Origin: Pocillopora damicornis
Taxonomy: Eukaryota
Direction: 5' to 3'
Assembly (NCBI RefSeq): GCF_003704095.1
Contig: NW_020843386.1
Location: forward strand, 186,001 to 249,948
Length of the DNA stretch: 63,948 bases
Shown here one piece after another: positions 26,886-39,300 of the stretch. Both the position numbers and the translations under genes were made by a program. The notes beneath the pieces are model-generated. The model did no database searches and was not told the DNA's origin. It saw nothing but the letters and a program-made list of their open reading frames with translations. Numbering within the stretch: the first letter of the stretch is position 1; each line of letters opens with the position of its first letter.

Positions 26886-27428
26886 AGTGATTCATCTTCT
26901 TCTTGCAATATCAGGCATACAAAGGGGCTAAACTAGGCTGAATCCAAAAAATCCTTCGGTTATCTGGTTGGAAAGATACTTTGAGTTCCTATGAGTAATC
27001 AGTTTATCATACTCCGAAAGTGTATCCAAGGAAATAAATGCAAAATAGCAGCAGTCTAATGCTAAAATAGTAGAATTTCACCCATGAGCTACAAATTCCG
27101 AACCGTTTGTTTCCAAGGGGAGCTTGAGAGCACCGGAAGGGTGTTTTTAATGTTAAAGAAAGTGTAAAAAGCATAATCATTAGACCTACAGATAAAAAAT
27201 TCGAAAGAGAACAAGAATCATCGCCCATTTAAAATTAATTGATCCTGTTTTTTAGGGCCTAATCCTACGCTCTAAGGCTCACAAAGAAGTCAAATGCAGG
27301 GATCAAGGATGATCAAAAATCTTATTATTTCCTTTTCTTGTGATTATCTTCACTCTATCGAACACATCGTAGTTGCTGCTGAAAAACAAATTCTTGCATC
27401 AATTCGAAACACCCAAGGAATTGACCCC

Positions 27429-29500
27429 TCACTTGACTTCCTTCTGACAAAGAACCACAGGCCCGTGTGGAGCAGGGAACGCACACGTACATCGACAGTC
27501 ATTCCACTTTCCCTGTTGACTTCCTTGGAAAAATATGTTTACACAGTCCTCTTCGTTTCTATAATTATTCGGTTCCCCAGCCGCCCACGCAGAGAACTGC
27601 CCCGCTAAAGGTGTATCATCAACCCAGTAGAAGGCACCTTTGGGTTTTCTCCGTGTAAGTCCAAGCCATGTACCGCTGACTTTACCGTTTGGCTGGCTCA
27701 GAGCTAGACGGAACATAAAGTTGTTTTCATCGGAAGATCTGATAATGGGTAGGTGTGCCCCATGAGTCTGACAGATACTCTGGGCATCGCTCCAATTCGG
27801 GGTAGGGGTGTCGAAAAGGAGATAACACGAGCGTCCAAAAACAATCCAATCAAGTGGGCAGACCTTTCGAACCTATAAAAGATGGAAACCAAGTACAATT
27901 GAAACAAAAAAATACAATCACAAGTAGATATCTGTGACGATAAAGACAAAAGAATCATTGTAAGTGCGATTACAAAAAAACCGACCAATCAGATTACAGG
28001 AAACGAGGTATGAGTTCTACAAAAATTCCTTATCATCTGTGCTCGTTTTGGCCTCTAAACAATGACTGGCACAGTTGGATTTATGTGGGATAGTTGTTCG
28101 TTTCCAATGATGTGATTGGTTAATTCTGTATAAATTGGAAGTTACCCGCCAATGGCTGCGGTGTTGTTAGCGACTGAAAACTAGCTAAATGACTTAAGAA
28201 TATTTTTTAACCTCTGATTGTTCAAATGGTGATAAAGCTATCCGCTCATTAAATCTCTATCCGTTGTAAAGCGCAGTACGTTTTGTTGGCACTTATCCGC
28301 TGAATAGCGATATATCCGGTGGATAGCGTTATCCGCCCCTTGAACAACTGGGGCCGAGGGCGTTACGTGTTACAAATCTACTTTTGATAAATAAATTTCA
28401 GGAAAACAATTTTGCAGTAGGAGTAGCTATAACAGCCAATATTGGTAAGTTTCAGAAGCAAACTGGCTCACATGAATTATCCGAAGGCCGAAACGGACTT
28501 GTAAACATCAGAATCGTTTTCAGGTGCCATAGACTTGAGTTTTCCATTAGTTTTTCTTCCACAGCGGCATAATAAGTGATTCAGATCGTGGGCATCCATG
28601 CACTGTCTTTCAGAAACAAATGGGCTCGCATGAATTATCCGAAGGTCGTTTTGAGAACTTAAGTAAGGCCTAAAAAGGACTTTTGTGTCTCATTTCATGT
28701 AAATTAGCATAAACACAGGAAAACGTGATCTGGTTACTTAAAGAGATCCGAACTTTCTGAGTGTAGACATCAATCAGCTGCTCGCTATTGGAGTCCTAAA
28801 TTGGCAAACCACCTTAATTATCTGGTAAAAATGATGGTTTGGCCTGTCGTGAAAAATGATGTACAATGTAGAATATAGAACATAGAACATACATCGGATT
28901 ATATAAACAAACGTCAATTGCAAAGTGTCTCACAGGAAAATTGGAGAAGTTTAAACCTGCAACATTTTAGTCGTTCAAGTTCTCGAGGATCTGTAGAATA
29001 TAACAAGGGGAATTTTTTTTCTTAAAATGTTAGACAATACTGATCAACGTTCGCCTTAACCTTTGCGCAAACNNNNNNNNNNNNNNNNNNNNNNNNNNNN
29101 NNNNNNNNNNNNNNNNNNNNNNNNNNNNNNNNNNNNNNNNNNNNNNNNNNNNNNNNNNNNNNNNNNNNNNNNNNNNNNNNNNNNNNNNNNNNNNNNNNNN
29201 NNNNNNNNNNNNNNNNNNNNNNNNNNNNNNNNNNNNNNNNNNNNNNNNNNNNNNNNNNNNNNNNNNNNNNNNNNNNNNNNNNNNNNNNNNNNNNNNNNNN
29301 NNNNNNNNNNNNNNNNNNNNNNNNNNNNNNNNNNNNNNNNNNNNNNNNNNNNNNNNNNNNNNNNNNNNNNNNNNNNNNNNNNNNNNNNNNNNNNNNNNNN
29401 NNNNNNNNNNNNNNNNNGTTGAGTCGAAATTATCGTTGGTAGCGGAAACTGATGAAGTTTGAATTAACAATAATAAAAGTATGGTTTTCCACCAAGCCAT
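27429..29500 (-). CDS. Secreted (PAN) + C-type lectin protein (gene F; PAN exon mostly in gap)
   Basis: 5' exon starts at 29500 (MAWWKTILLLLLIQTSSVSA, paralogue of the 26242 exon), then N-gap 29073-29417. CTL exon 27872-27429 follows a TAG acceptor (phase 0): VRKVCPLDW..SCY..WSDAQSIC..WLGL..WAAGEPNNYRNEEDCV..WNDCRC..VLCQK. Confidence 0.7.
28210..28355. mobile_element. Short palindromic MITE-like repeat
   Basis: TTGTTCAA ... TTGAACAACTGGGGCC termini with internal TATCCG/GGATAG palindromes. Confidence 0.55.
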
Positions 29501-30841
29501 CTGCAACCAAAGAACGTTATCTGTGTTGATGGATATTTTAGGTTGCANNNNNNNNNNNNNNNNNNNNNNNNNNNNNNNNNNNNNNNNNNNNNNNNNNNNN
29601 NNNNNNNNNNNNNNNNNNNNNNNNNNNNNNNNNNNNNNNNNNNNNNNCACGAACGATAAGTGCCTATGCGGCTGGCTGGCGAGTCTTATGAATAAGCAGG
29701 TGCCCTAGACTTAACTTTTTCATTAGTTTTTCTTCCACAGCGGCATGGTAAGTAATGCAGATCGTAGACATCCACGCACTGTCTGGAGAAAAAAAGTGCC
29801 ATTTAGTGTGATTAAACAATGGCATTTTTCCGTAGAAGGTTTCATTTTAACCCACGAAAATAATTTTTCAAATTTCACTCAATTGAAAGTTGCTACCGAC
29901 AAAACGGTTGAAGAAATATGAATACAAAGAGACGACGAGACACGCTTTAAAGTAAGAGATATGAGGAGATTTTGAGTCTGGAATAAGGCATATCATATGC
30001 ATTACTGAGAGTTCACGATCAGTAGACCGTAGAGGGAGATAGCGAAGCTCCGCTGTCGTTAGATAAATGAGTGTTTTTTTTCTTTTTCTCGGCACATGAC
30101 TAATAAAGTATTCCTTTGACAAACCACATGTGAGTTTATTTTGTTTTAAGTATCGCTAGATCTTCATCAAAACACCCAGATATTTGATTGTTAAAAAAAT
30201 GCACCCAGTAAACGAGAAACTCGAAAGCGAAGGACAATGCAAACCTTTTGACCTAATGTACGGGTGCAGGCTCAATGATTGCATGAAAACCACGTCAGTA
30301 ATCCCTTAAAACTTGCTCCAATCTGCACAGTATTCAAATAATGTAGACTTTTCTACAATGACATTTACCAGCGGTCAAAGCCAAGATTTTTGAGACTCTT
30401 ATGTCAATGCAGGCATTTTCCTGAGCTGCTTCATCAATGGTAACAAAAAATAATAATTATGCTCCTCCAATAATGAGAATTTTTTTATTTGTTTAGTTTA
30501 ATCTACTTTGCTATATCTTTCAATATTTTTCACCTAAAATAGACGGGTTCTCAATTTTGTGATATGCCGCTCATGCAAGTGAACTTTTAAAACGAACCAA
30601 ATGTAAGCAGGTTTTCATTGAACACAGAATATGTTAAACTGAGATGTCTCTTTCGAATACCGAAAAACGACAAACAAGATTGACGAACGATGGAACTGAT
30701 AAAAACTTAGAAATCTTTAATCATACGAGAGGCTATTATGAAACGATGACAGCATAACTCATAGCGGCGTAAAAACTTTAACTTCCGGAACATTACGTGA
30801 ACATAAGATAAACAGAGGTGAACTATTGAGGAATCCAACAG

Positions 30842-31255
30842 TCAGAAAATACTTTTTTGGCATAGAACCACTGTGACTGGAAACGAAGGTGAACCACCAA
30901 AAGTACAGGGTAAGTCGTACCACTTTTTTCTGAATATAAAAACACATTTTTCGTGAAGGAAGTTTGGTTCTCCCTGCGCCCATGCTGAGAACCGGCCCGC
31001 CAATGGAGTACCGTCCATCCAGTAAAACTTATCGTTTATTTTTCTGTTCAGTCCAATCTATGCACTACGATTTCTCCCGTTTGGTTGGCTCATTATAAGG
31101 CGAAATATGAAGTCGTTCTCATCGGCAGATTTGATTATCGGCGGATGTGCCCGGTGATTTTGACAAAACGTGAGTGCATCGTTCCATCTTGGAGTGGGAG
31201 TGTTATGAATAAGGTAGCATGAATTCTCATGACGAAACCAACCTTGCGGGCAATC
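30842..31255 (-). pseudogene. Dead C-type lectin exon duplicate
   Basis: Near-identical to 33671-34084, but the acceptor AATAG is AATAC (31256) and the Trp of WIGL is TAG (31058-31060). Confidence 0.85.
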
Positions 31256-31655
31256 GTATTGGTCAGTAGAAGTTGACAAAAAATCAGATCATGTCATTTC
31301 CAAAATATTATCATAACAATGAACATGAAGGGGTTGTACGTGACAGCTAGTGATCTAAACAAACTATCTTCGAGTGAAATGCTAGTTTAAATAACAAATA
31401 ATTTTGCCATAACAGTGATAAAAAGAAGTGGGTCGAATGATCCCATCAATGGGTATTTTCGAAATCAAAAATCGCACACAAGCCATTAATGACGTTACGC
31501 AGGTCAAATATAGAAAACTGGCTGCAAACAGAAAAAACTACATTTTTTACTACCTGCTTTCAGCCGTTGGAACACTGAGGTTAAAATATTTGAGTAATGC
31601 AGTATGGTCGATATTCACACAACACTCAGCTTTAAACTCGGGTATATTTAATCAC

Positions 31656-31754
31656 ATGTGGAGGCGCGGTGGCCTCATAGTTAGTGCGCCCGACTTCGGA
31701 TCGGGTGGTCCGGGTTCGAGCCCTGGCCGGGGTCAGTGTGTTGTGTTCTTAGGC
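31656..31754 (+). mobile_element. tRNA-derived SINE 5' head (runs into gap)
   Basis: GGAGGCGCGGTGGCCTCATAGTTAGTGCG (A box) ... GGTTCGAGCCC (B box) ... GGGTCAGTGTGTTGTGTTCTTAGGC. Confidence 0.75.
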
Positions 31755-32237
31755 NNNNNNNNNNNNNNNNNNNNNNNNNNNNNNNNNNNNNNNNNNNNNN
31801 NNNNNNNNNNNNNNNNNNNNNNNNNNNNNNNNNNNNNNNNNNNNNNNNNNNNNNCAATCTATTGTACCAGGTTGTAACAAATATTTTAATCTGAGTTTTC
31901 AAACTGCTGAAAGCAGGCAGTAAAGAGTGTAGCTTGTTTGCAGCCAGTTTTCAATATTTGACCTGCGTAACGTCGTTAATGGCCTGTGTGCGATTTTTTA
32001 TTTCGAAAATTGCCCAAGGATGGGATCATTCGGCCCATCGGTGGAAATAACATTTCCCCTCCACTTCTTTTTATCATAGGTATTAAAAAAATTATTTGTC
32101 ATTTAAACTAGCATATCACTCGAAGATAGTTTGTTCAGATCATTAGATGTCACGTACAGCCCTTTATTGTTTATTGTTATGATAATATTTTGGAAATGAC
32201 ATGATCTGATTTTTTGTCAACTTCTACTGACCAATAG

Positions 32238-32666
32238 GATTGCCCGCATGGTTGGTTTCGTCATGAGAATTCATGCTACCTTATTCATAACACTCCCACG
32301 CCAAGATGGAACGATGCACTCACGTTTTGTCAAAATCACCGGGCACATCCGCCGATAATCAAATCTGCCGATGAGAACAACTTCATATTTCGCCTTATAA
32401 TGAGCCAACCAAACGGGAGAGATCCTCGTGCATGGATTGGACTGAACAGAAAAATAAACGATAAGTTTTACTGGGTGGACGATACTCCATTAGCGGGCCG
32501 GTTCTCAGCATGGGCGCAGGGAGAACCAAACTACCTTCACGAAAAATGTGTCTTTATACGCGTCAAAAAAGATCGACAAAAAAATTGGATCGACTCTCCT
32601 TGTACTTATAACGGTATACCATCGTTTCCAGCCCCAGTGGTTCTGTGCCAAAAAGGTATTTTCTGA
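32238..32666 (+). CDS. Inverted C-type lectin exon copy (open, no upstream PAN exon on this strand)
   Basis: AATAG acceptor then DCPHGWFRHENSCY..WIGLNRK..WAQGEPNYLHEKCVFIRVKKDRQKNWIDSPC..VLCQKGIF*; on a contig bounded by gaps 31755-31854 and 33027-33126. Confidence 0.65.
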   Translation, partial: DCPHGWFRHENSCYLIHNTPTPRWNDALTFCQNHRAHPPIIKSADENNFIFRLIMSQPNGRDPRAWIGLNRKINDKFYWVDDTPLAGRFSAWAQGEPNYLHEKCVFIRVKKDRQKNWIDSPCTYNGIPSFPAPVVLCQKGIF

Positions 32667-33670
32667 CTGTTGGATTCCTTGATTGTTCACCTCAGTTTAT
32701 CTAATGGTCACGTTATGTTCCCGAGGTTAAAGTTTGTACGCTGCTATGAGTTATGCTGTCATCGTTTCATAATAGCCTCTCGTATGATAAAGGATTTCTA
32801 AGTTTTTATCAGTTCCATCGTTCGTCAATCTTGTTCGTCGTTTCTTGGCATTCGAAAGAGACATCACATTTTAACATATTCTGTGTTTAATTGAAGCCTG
32901 CTTACATTAAGTTCGATTTAAAAGTTCATTTGCATGAACGGCATATCACAAAATTGAGAACTCATCTATTGCAGGTAAAGAATATTGAAATATATAGCAA
33001 AGTTTATATTTAGATTAATCATGCTANNNNNNNNNNNNNNNNNNNNNNNNNNNNNNNNNNNNNNNNNNNNNNNNNNNNNNNNNNNNNNNNNNNNNNNNNN
33101 NNNNNNNNNNNNNNNNNNNNNNNNNNAACCCACGAAAATGCTTTTTCAAATCTCACTCAATTGAGTCTACAATGACATTTTCCAGCGGTCATAGCCAAGA
33201 TTTTTTAGACTCCTATGTCAATGCAGGCCATTTTCCTGAGCTTCTTCATCAACGGCAACACAAAATAATAATTATGCTCTTCCAGTAAGGACAGTCAATT
33301 TTTTTGTTTGTTTAGCATGATTAATCTAAATATAAGCTTTGCTATATCTTTCAAAATTTTTCACCTTAAATAGACGAGTTCTCAATTTTGTGATATGCCG
33401 TTCATGCAAGTGAACTTTTAAATCGAACTTAATGTGAGCAGGTTTTCATTGAACACAGAATATGTTAGACTGTGATGTCTCTCTCTAATGCCGACAAACG
33501 ATGAACAAGATTGATGAACGATGGAACTGATAAACTTAGAAGTCTTTAATCATACGAGAGGCCATTATGAAACGATTACAGCATAACTCATAGCGGCGTA
33601 CAAACTTTAACTTCCGGAACATAACGTGAACATTGGATAAACTGAGGTGAACTATTAAGGAATCCAACAG

Positions 33671-35336
33671 TCAGAAAATACTTTTTTGGCACAGAACAAC
33701 TGGGGCTGGAAACGGAGGTGAACCACCAAAAGTACAGGGACAGTCGTACCACTTTTTTCTGAATATAAAAACACATTTTTCGTGAAGGTAGTTTGGTTCT
33801 CCCTGCGCCCATGCTGAGAACCGGCCCGCTAACGGAGTACCGTCCATCCAGTAAAACTTATCGTCCATTTTTCTGCTCAGTCCAATCCATGCACTAAGAT
33901 CTCTCCCGTTTGGTTGGCTCATTATAACGCGAAATATGAAGTCGTTCTCATCGGCAGATTTGATTATCGGCGGATGTGCCCGGTGATTTTGACAAAACGT
34001 GAGTGCATCGTTCCATCTTGGAGTGGGAGTGTTATGAATAAGGTAGCATGAATTCTCATGACGAAACCAACCTTGCGGGCAATCCTATTGGTAAGTAGAA
34101 GTTGACAAAAAATCAGATCATGTCATTTCCAAAATATTATCATAACAATGAACATGAAGGGGTTGTACGTGACAGCTAATGATCTAAACAAACTATATTC
34201 GAGTGATATACCAGTTTTAATAACAAATAATTTTGCCATAATTATGATTAAAAGAAGAGGAGGGGAAGTGTTTCCACCGATGGGTCGAATGATCCCATCA
34301 ACGGGTAATTTTCGAAATAAAAAATCGCATACAGGCCATAAATGATGTTATGCAGATCAAATATTGAAAACTGGCTGCAAACAGAAACAAAAACTACATT
34401 TTTTACTACCTGCTTTCAGCCGTTTGAACACTTAGGTTAAAGTATTTGTTACAACCTGGTACAATAGATTTTTAACATGTTTCTCACCATAGTAATGTGA
34501 GTTTATAGCAAGTTGAGTTTGGGTAATGCAGTATGGTCGATATTCACACAACACTCAGCTTTAAACTTGGGTATATTTAATAAGAGACAACTGAACAAAT
34601 ACCCTGTATCGAACAATCTGCTAAGGTCGATTACGAAAGAAAAATCAATCACACGGTCATAGTGCTTAAGAGCCTGGACAAAACATTGCTGAAAATTTCT
34701 GGTTTCGCTTTATTGCTTTTAGTTTGTCGCTTGTTTTTCTTTGTTTTTGATGTTATGTATCTTGAGGAAACGACAATGTCACCCGTCAATTGAAGAACTT
34801 ACGCCGTCCAGTTTCTCTGCACGAAGAAGAGAAGATAGAACGAGAAATCTACTCAGAATTGTTAAAGAAACGGAATTGTGTGAATCCACGTTACTAGCTT
34901 GTTAAAAATTTATTTAAATCCTGATAGAAGAATTAAAGATGATTAAACCAACACCTCGTTAAATCACCTTTAGAAGCAATGAGAAAATGACCCCCTTCTG
35001 CTCAGCAAAATCGACGTTTTCGTTAACAACACAGATGTCGTGCTTGTTCAGCTCACAAGTTCCTTTGCTGTCCTTCTTGGAAAACAACTTGAAGTTTGTG
35101 GAAGTACACCAGGCGGTCAAAAGGCACTGCTGAGCGCACGATAACAAACTGGGAGAATTGAACTGTTTGACGACGTATCCCAAAAGCTGTCTGTTATCCC
35201 ACGGTTTTAAGTGATTGAAACGCGAAAATTCTGAGTTATTGTCCGCGGCCAAGAGATTATAGTCTCTTTCCATGTCCGAGATGGTTGCCGATGTTTGAAC
35301 CAGCAACAATAAAAATGCTGTTCCCTTTAATGCCAT
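33671..35336 (-). CDS. Secreted PAN + C-type lectin protein (gene G)
   Basis: Exons 35336-34968 (MALKGTAFLLLLVQTSA..PAN..LLK|GTGATT) and 34084-33671 (DCPQGW..EPNYLHEKCV..KKWYDCPC..VLCQKSIF*); phase-0 join. Confidence 0.85.
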
Positions 35337-36366
35337 TTGTGATACCCTAATGCAAATGTTCGCGGTCTATTTGAAGAGGACGTGAGCAGTATCTGCTAAA
35401 TCGTAATTCGACTACGTATTTTTGACATCTGATTAACTTTTGACAAATGCCTTTTAAGTTTTCTTTGTTCAAAAAACCATCACATTACAAACAAATTAAT
35501 ACTCAACTGCCGAAGCCTCACCAAATACGTAATTCAGCCAACAACTTTGGATCTGGCTGAGAATAGCTCGCCAAAGACCCGAATTGGAAAAACGCGATCG
35601 AAAATTGATAAAGAGAATGACAATGACAATGACAATGACTAAAACTAAATAGATATAATGGGCCGGATAGGCTCCGTATGGAAAAAACGCCATAAAATAA
35701 TGATAATTACTGAAAAAGACAATGACCATGACAATCGCTCAGGAAAGGCAATGAACATACGACGTTAAACGTTATCACGTTCAAATGGTCGCACGCTCTC
35801 TCTCTCCGGAGGAACCAATAGGAAATTTTGAGATAAGATCTTTGATATCTACAAATTAAAAAAAAGCCCAAATTTTCCACCAAAATTTATATACCTCCGA
35901 CTTAGTATTCCCAAGATCAATCTTCAATTTTCAGATAACACACAGAAGATTAGTAAAGAGATTTTTCAGTTCATCCTGTATTCAATTATACGGCAAAAAA
36001 AATAAAGCGTGCAAAAATGAATGTTTCAGCTTTATAAGGTAGTAGTTAAATCTCGAGAGGTATGTGTTTAAAGCAATTTTTTTTTTTTTTTATGGCAACG
36101 TCACTCATTTAAGATTTTTCTGTCAAAGAAAAGCTGGTTCCTGCTGCCGTTCGTCATTAGTCAAGTCATATTACTAAGAAGCTCTGTTCAATTTTTTGGA
36201 ACAAGAGAATTCTCAACTGGTACACAAAGCAGTCAGAAAGATTTTTAAAACGCTAGGGTTGATGGANNNNNNNNNNNNNNNNNNNNNNNNNNNNNNNNNN
36301 NNNNNNNNNNNNNNNNNNNNNNNNNNNNNNNNNNNNNNNNNNNNNNNNNNNNNNNNNNNNNNNNNN

Positions 36367-39300
36367 GTTTTAATACTCGCTGAATACGTTGGCTCTTGAC
36401 TTTTACGTTGTCACAGTAAACCGTTACGTGGTTGAAAAACTGATCGATCTTCATTTGTGTCTGGAAGTAAAACAACATGAACTTATTAGGTATATGCAAA
36501 CATGTTGTACGCCACGGGATCTTTGAAATAATAGCCTAGAATAGTTGAAATACACAAAAGAGGTAAAACATAGAAAAAGAATCAACTAATATGGTAGATT
36601 ATAACGTATATTGTATACACATCATTCAGCCTCCGGTTGCGATATTTATTGAGTATCTCCCTATCTGATAGGAGAACAAGAAAAGGCTTTCAGGAATGAA
36701 GAGGATATAAAAGAAGTAACATCTGTCAGTTAGAGTTCTGACTATCTCAGCAAAGTTTAAGTTAGACCGAGATTTCAAACAAAAATTGGACCTCGAGGTT
36801 ACCGTTTTTGATAAAATTATCAAAGTAAATAGACATTTTTTTTCGTAATGTTCGTGAGAAACTTTCTCGACATTGCTCAGGACAAAAAACGTTTGGATAA
36901 AACTTTTTTCTCAACGGGATCTAGTTATCAACGCGATCACGCGGTATTTGTAAATAACGATAACAGCCAGCCTAATGTCTCCAGATCGAAAAAATACGAA
37001 CCCTTTCCCTGGAAAAGCTTTTAGCCCACTTAACAGCGGCGCCGCAGGACCGCGCCATTCAGAACATGATAACACTGGCCTAAGATTAGAGTTCATTTAA
37101 GCTCTGTAGAAATTGTTAATTTAATGGGTTAGGGTAAGGGTTAGGGTAAGGGTTAGGGTTAGGAGTTTTTGGTTTTTTTCAGGTTTGCCTTGCACTTCGA
37201 TCAAGTGCAACCCAAGTGTTGGATAATTCTAACACTTTCTTCACGAAAAATAAACACCAAGTTAAATCTTTCATACTTAGTTAGGTGCCAACCACTTTTC
37301 AGGAAATCGGAAACAGGGACGTAACTTCGTTCCCGCGTGCAATAGCGAGAAGTCGCGCAAAGAAAAACAAGATTACAAAAGTACATAATTCGTCGGGTAA
37401 AGTCTTGAAATCAGTGTGCACCAAGAATTACCATTACTCTCGCTTAAGACTAACATTCCTGCCTCTAACTTACCTTTTTTTCACTGAGTCGCTTGATCAA
37501 AGGATTTAGAACCTCGTTTGTCTTGGCTTCAGTCCAGCCAAGGATTTTGAAAGCAAATGTGAGAATGTTAAGGAGTTATTAGTGATGCTTATCTCCTTGT
37601 GTTATCAACATATTACGAAGCAAGCGGACAACGAGAGTACCGAGTGTTGTGGTTCTCGTTCAAGAACAGGAAGCGTACGAAAACGCACATATGTATATAA
37701 CAAAGTACAAAGAACACAACTAACTAAAAAAAAACAAAGTCACACTACCAATGAATAATTATTAGATGCCCATTTTTGTATATGGTGGCCCTAGGTACTA
37801 GTACCGTGATAACCGCTAGCCGGAATCTAGGCAATATCACGACACAGAGAATAATTAATTACAGGACAAGTCTCCATGCATCCTGGTAAAGGAAATTCAA
37901 ATTTTGAAAAAAATACAATTATGCATGACAATTTATTTTGCAACAGTTGCATGTTGTCCTTAAAGGACATGTTGCATGGAATGTTCCTGATTCAAGTAAG
38001 GCCTTTAAAGATACAAAAATACTGATAAGGTTAACTTGGAAAGGATATGATTTAAGGAACTCCAGGTCTGGATGTTTCCATTCAAAATCCCCTGTTTGTT
38101 TCTCTACCGCCGGATTGCTATAAGCGTCATAAACTGCTTTAGATGGAAAGTCACTTGGCAGCACCACACCTCTCTACAAAACAAAAAAGGCAGAGAGAAA
38201 CAATTGATAACCCACAATAGGACTTGAATTATCTATTTTAGTTCTAAGTTAGCATCGAAATATTCACTGGCACGATACTTGAGCAGGTTTCACTGGTTAA
38301 TCACCCTAATAATGTCCACAACATGGGCTAGTTAAATTGAGCTTCTTACAAGACGCTTCCTAATTCTGCCTTCGTGGGGATCCCTCGGGCCTTTTTGGGC
38401 TTCGTCATGCCAGCATCTAAAGAATTGACGCAGATAAAATGCCATTAGATACCCACAAACACAAAATAACACGATTACGATGATCAGGACGAAATCACGA
38501 CCAAAAATTTCATGATGATCAGATATGATTATCTATGTGAACCTCGAAAAGCTTCGCTGTGGGTTGAAATTCAAATTTACCTCGATCAATGAGGACTGTG
38601 GACATTACAGTAGTAATAAAAATTAATTTTTACATCTATCCCCCGTAGTGTTGACTTGGTCTTAAACTGAACGAACTAGTTATTAAATCAAGCATCAATC
38701 CCACAATAACCTACCTAAACTGCTCAAGACCCTCGAAATCTTTAATAGAAAACTCGTGAAGAATCTCCACGGCATTAACTCCTCCAAACCCTGCAAAATA
38801 AAAATCCATAAAACAACTTGTTAGTTGAGTTAGTTAGTTGAAGTCCCAACCGAGTTATGTTCCAACCGAGAAAAGAAAATCTTAAATTTCTTTGGGGCAC
38901 ATACTCTGACCTCGAACAAGCTCCTCTCCCACATTTAATGAAGTCTTCCGTGAGTAGGAAATTCTGCTTATAACTTCTCCGACGGTTTGAGTCGAGCTGA
39001 CTTCTTATTTCTTAAGACAAGAATTATTAACCGTCATAATAAACATAAACATCCAAGATAATTAAAAAGAGAATACTGAGCTTGCTCTCACAAGAGCCTC
39101 TGTCTTACCCTCCCTCCCCACCCTGACGATCCAACGTCACCCATTTGTACTCCTGGATGGAAATGGTAATTTGTGGGAATAAATGTAATAAGTATCTTGA
39201 CCAAGAACACCACACCGATGATTATGGGCAAAGACTCGAAACTGCCCAATTTTTATCCATTTGCATTATTTTCTACGACTTATAAACTACACATGTTTTA

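Noticed and set aside
37126-37163. True telomere or chromosome fusion site
   Set aside because: Only ~6 units, half of them variant, single orientation, inside an intact gene's intron
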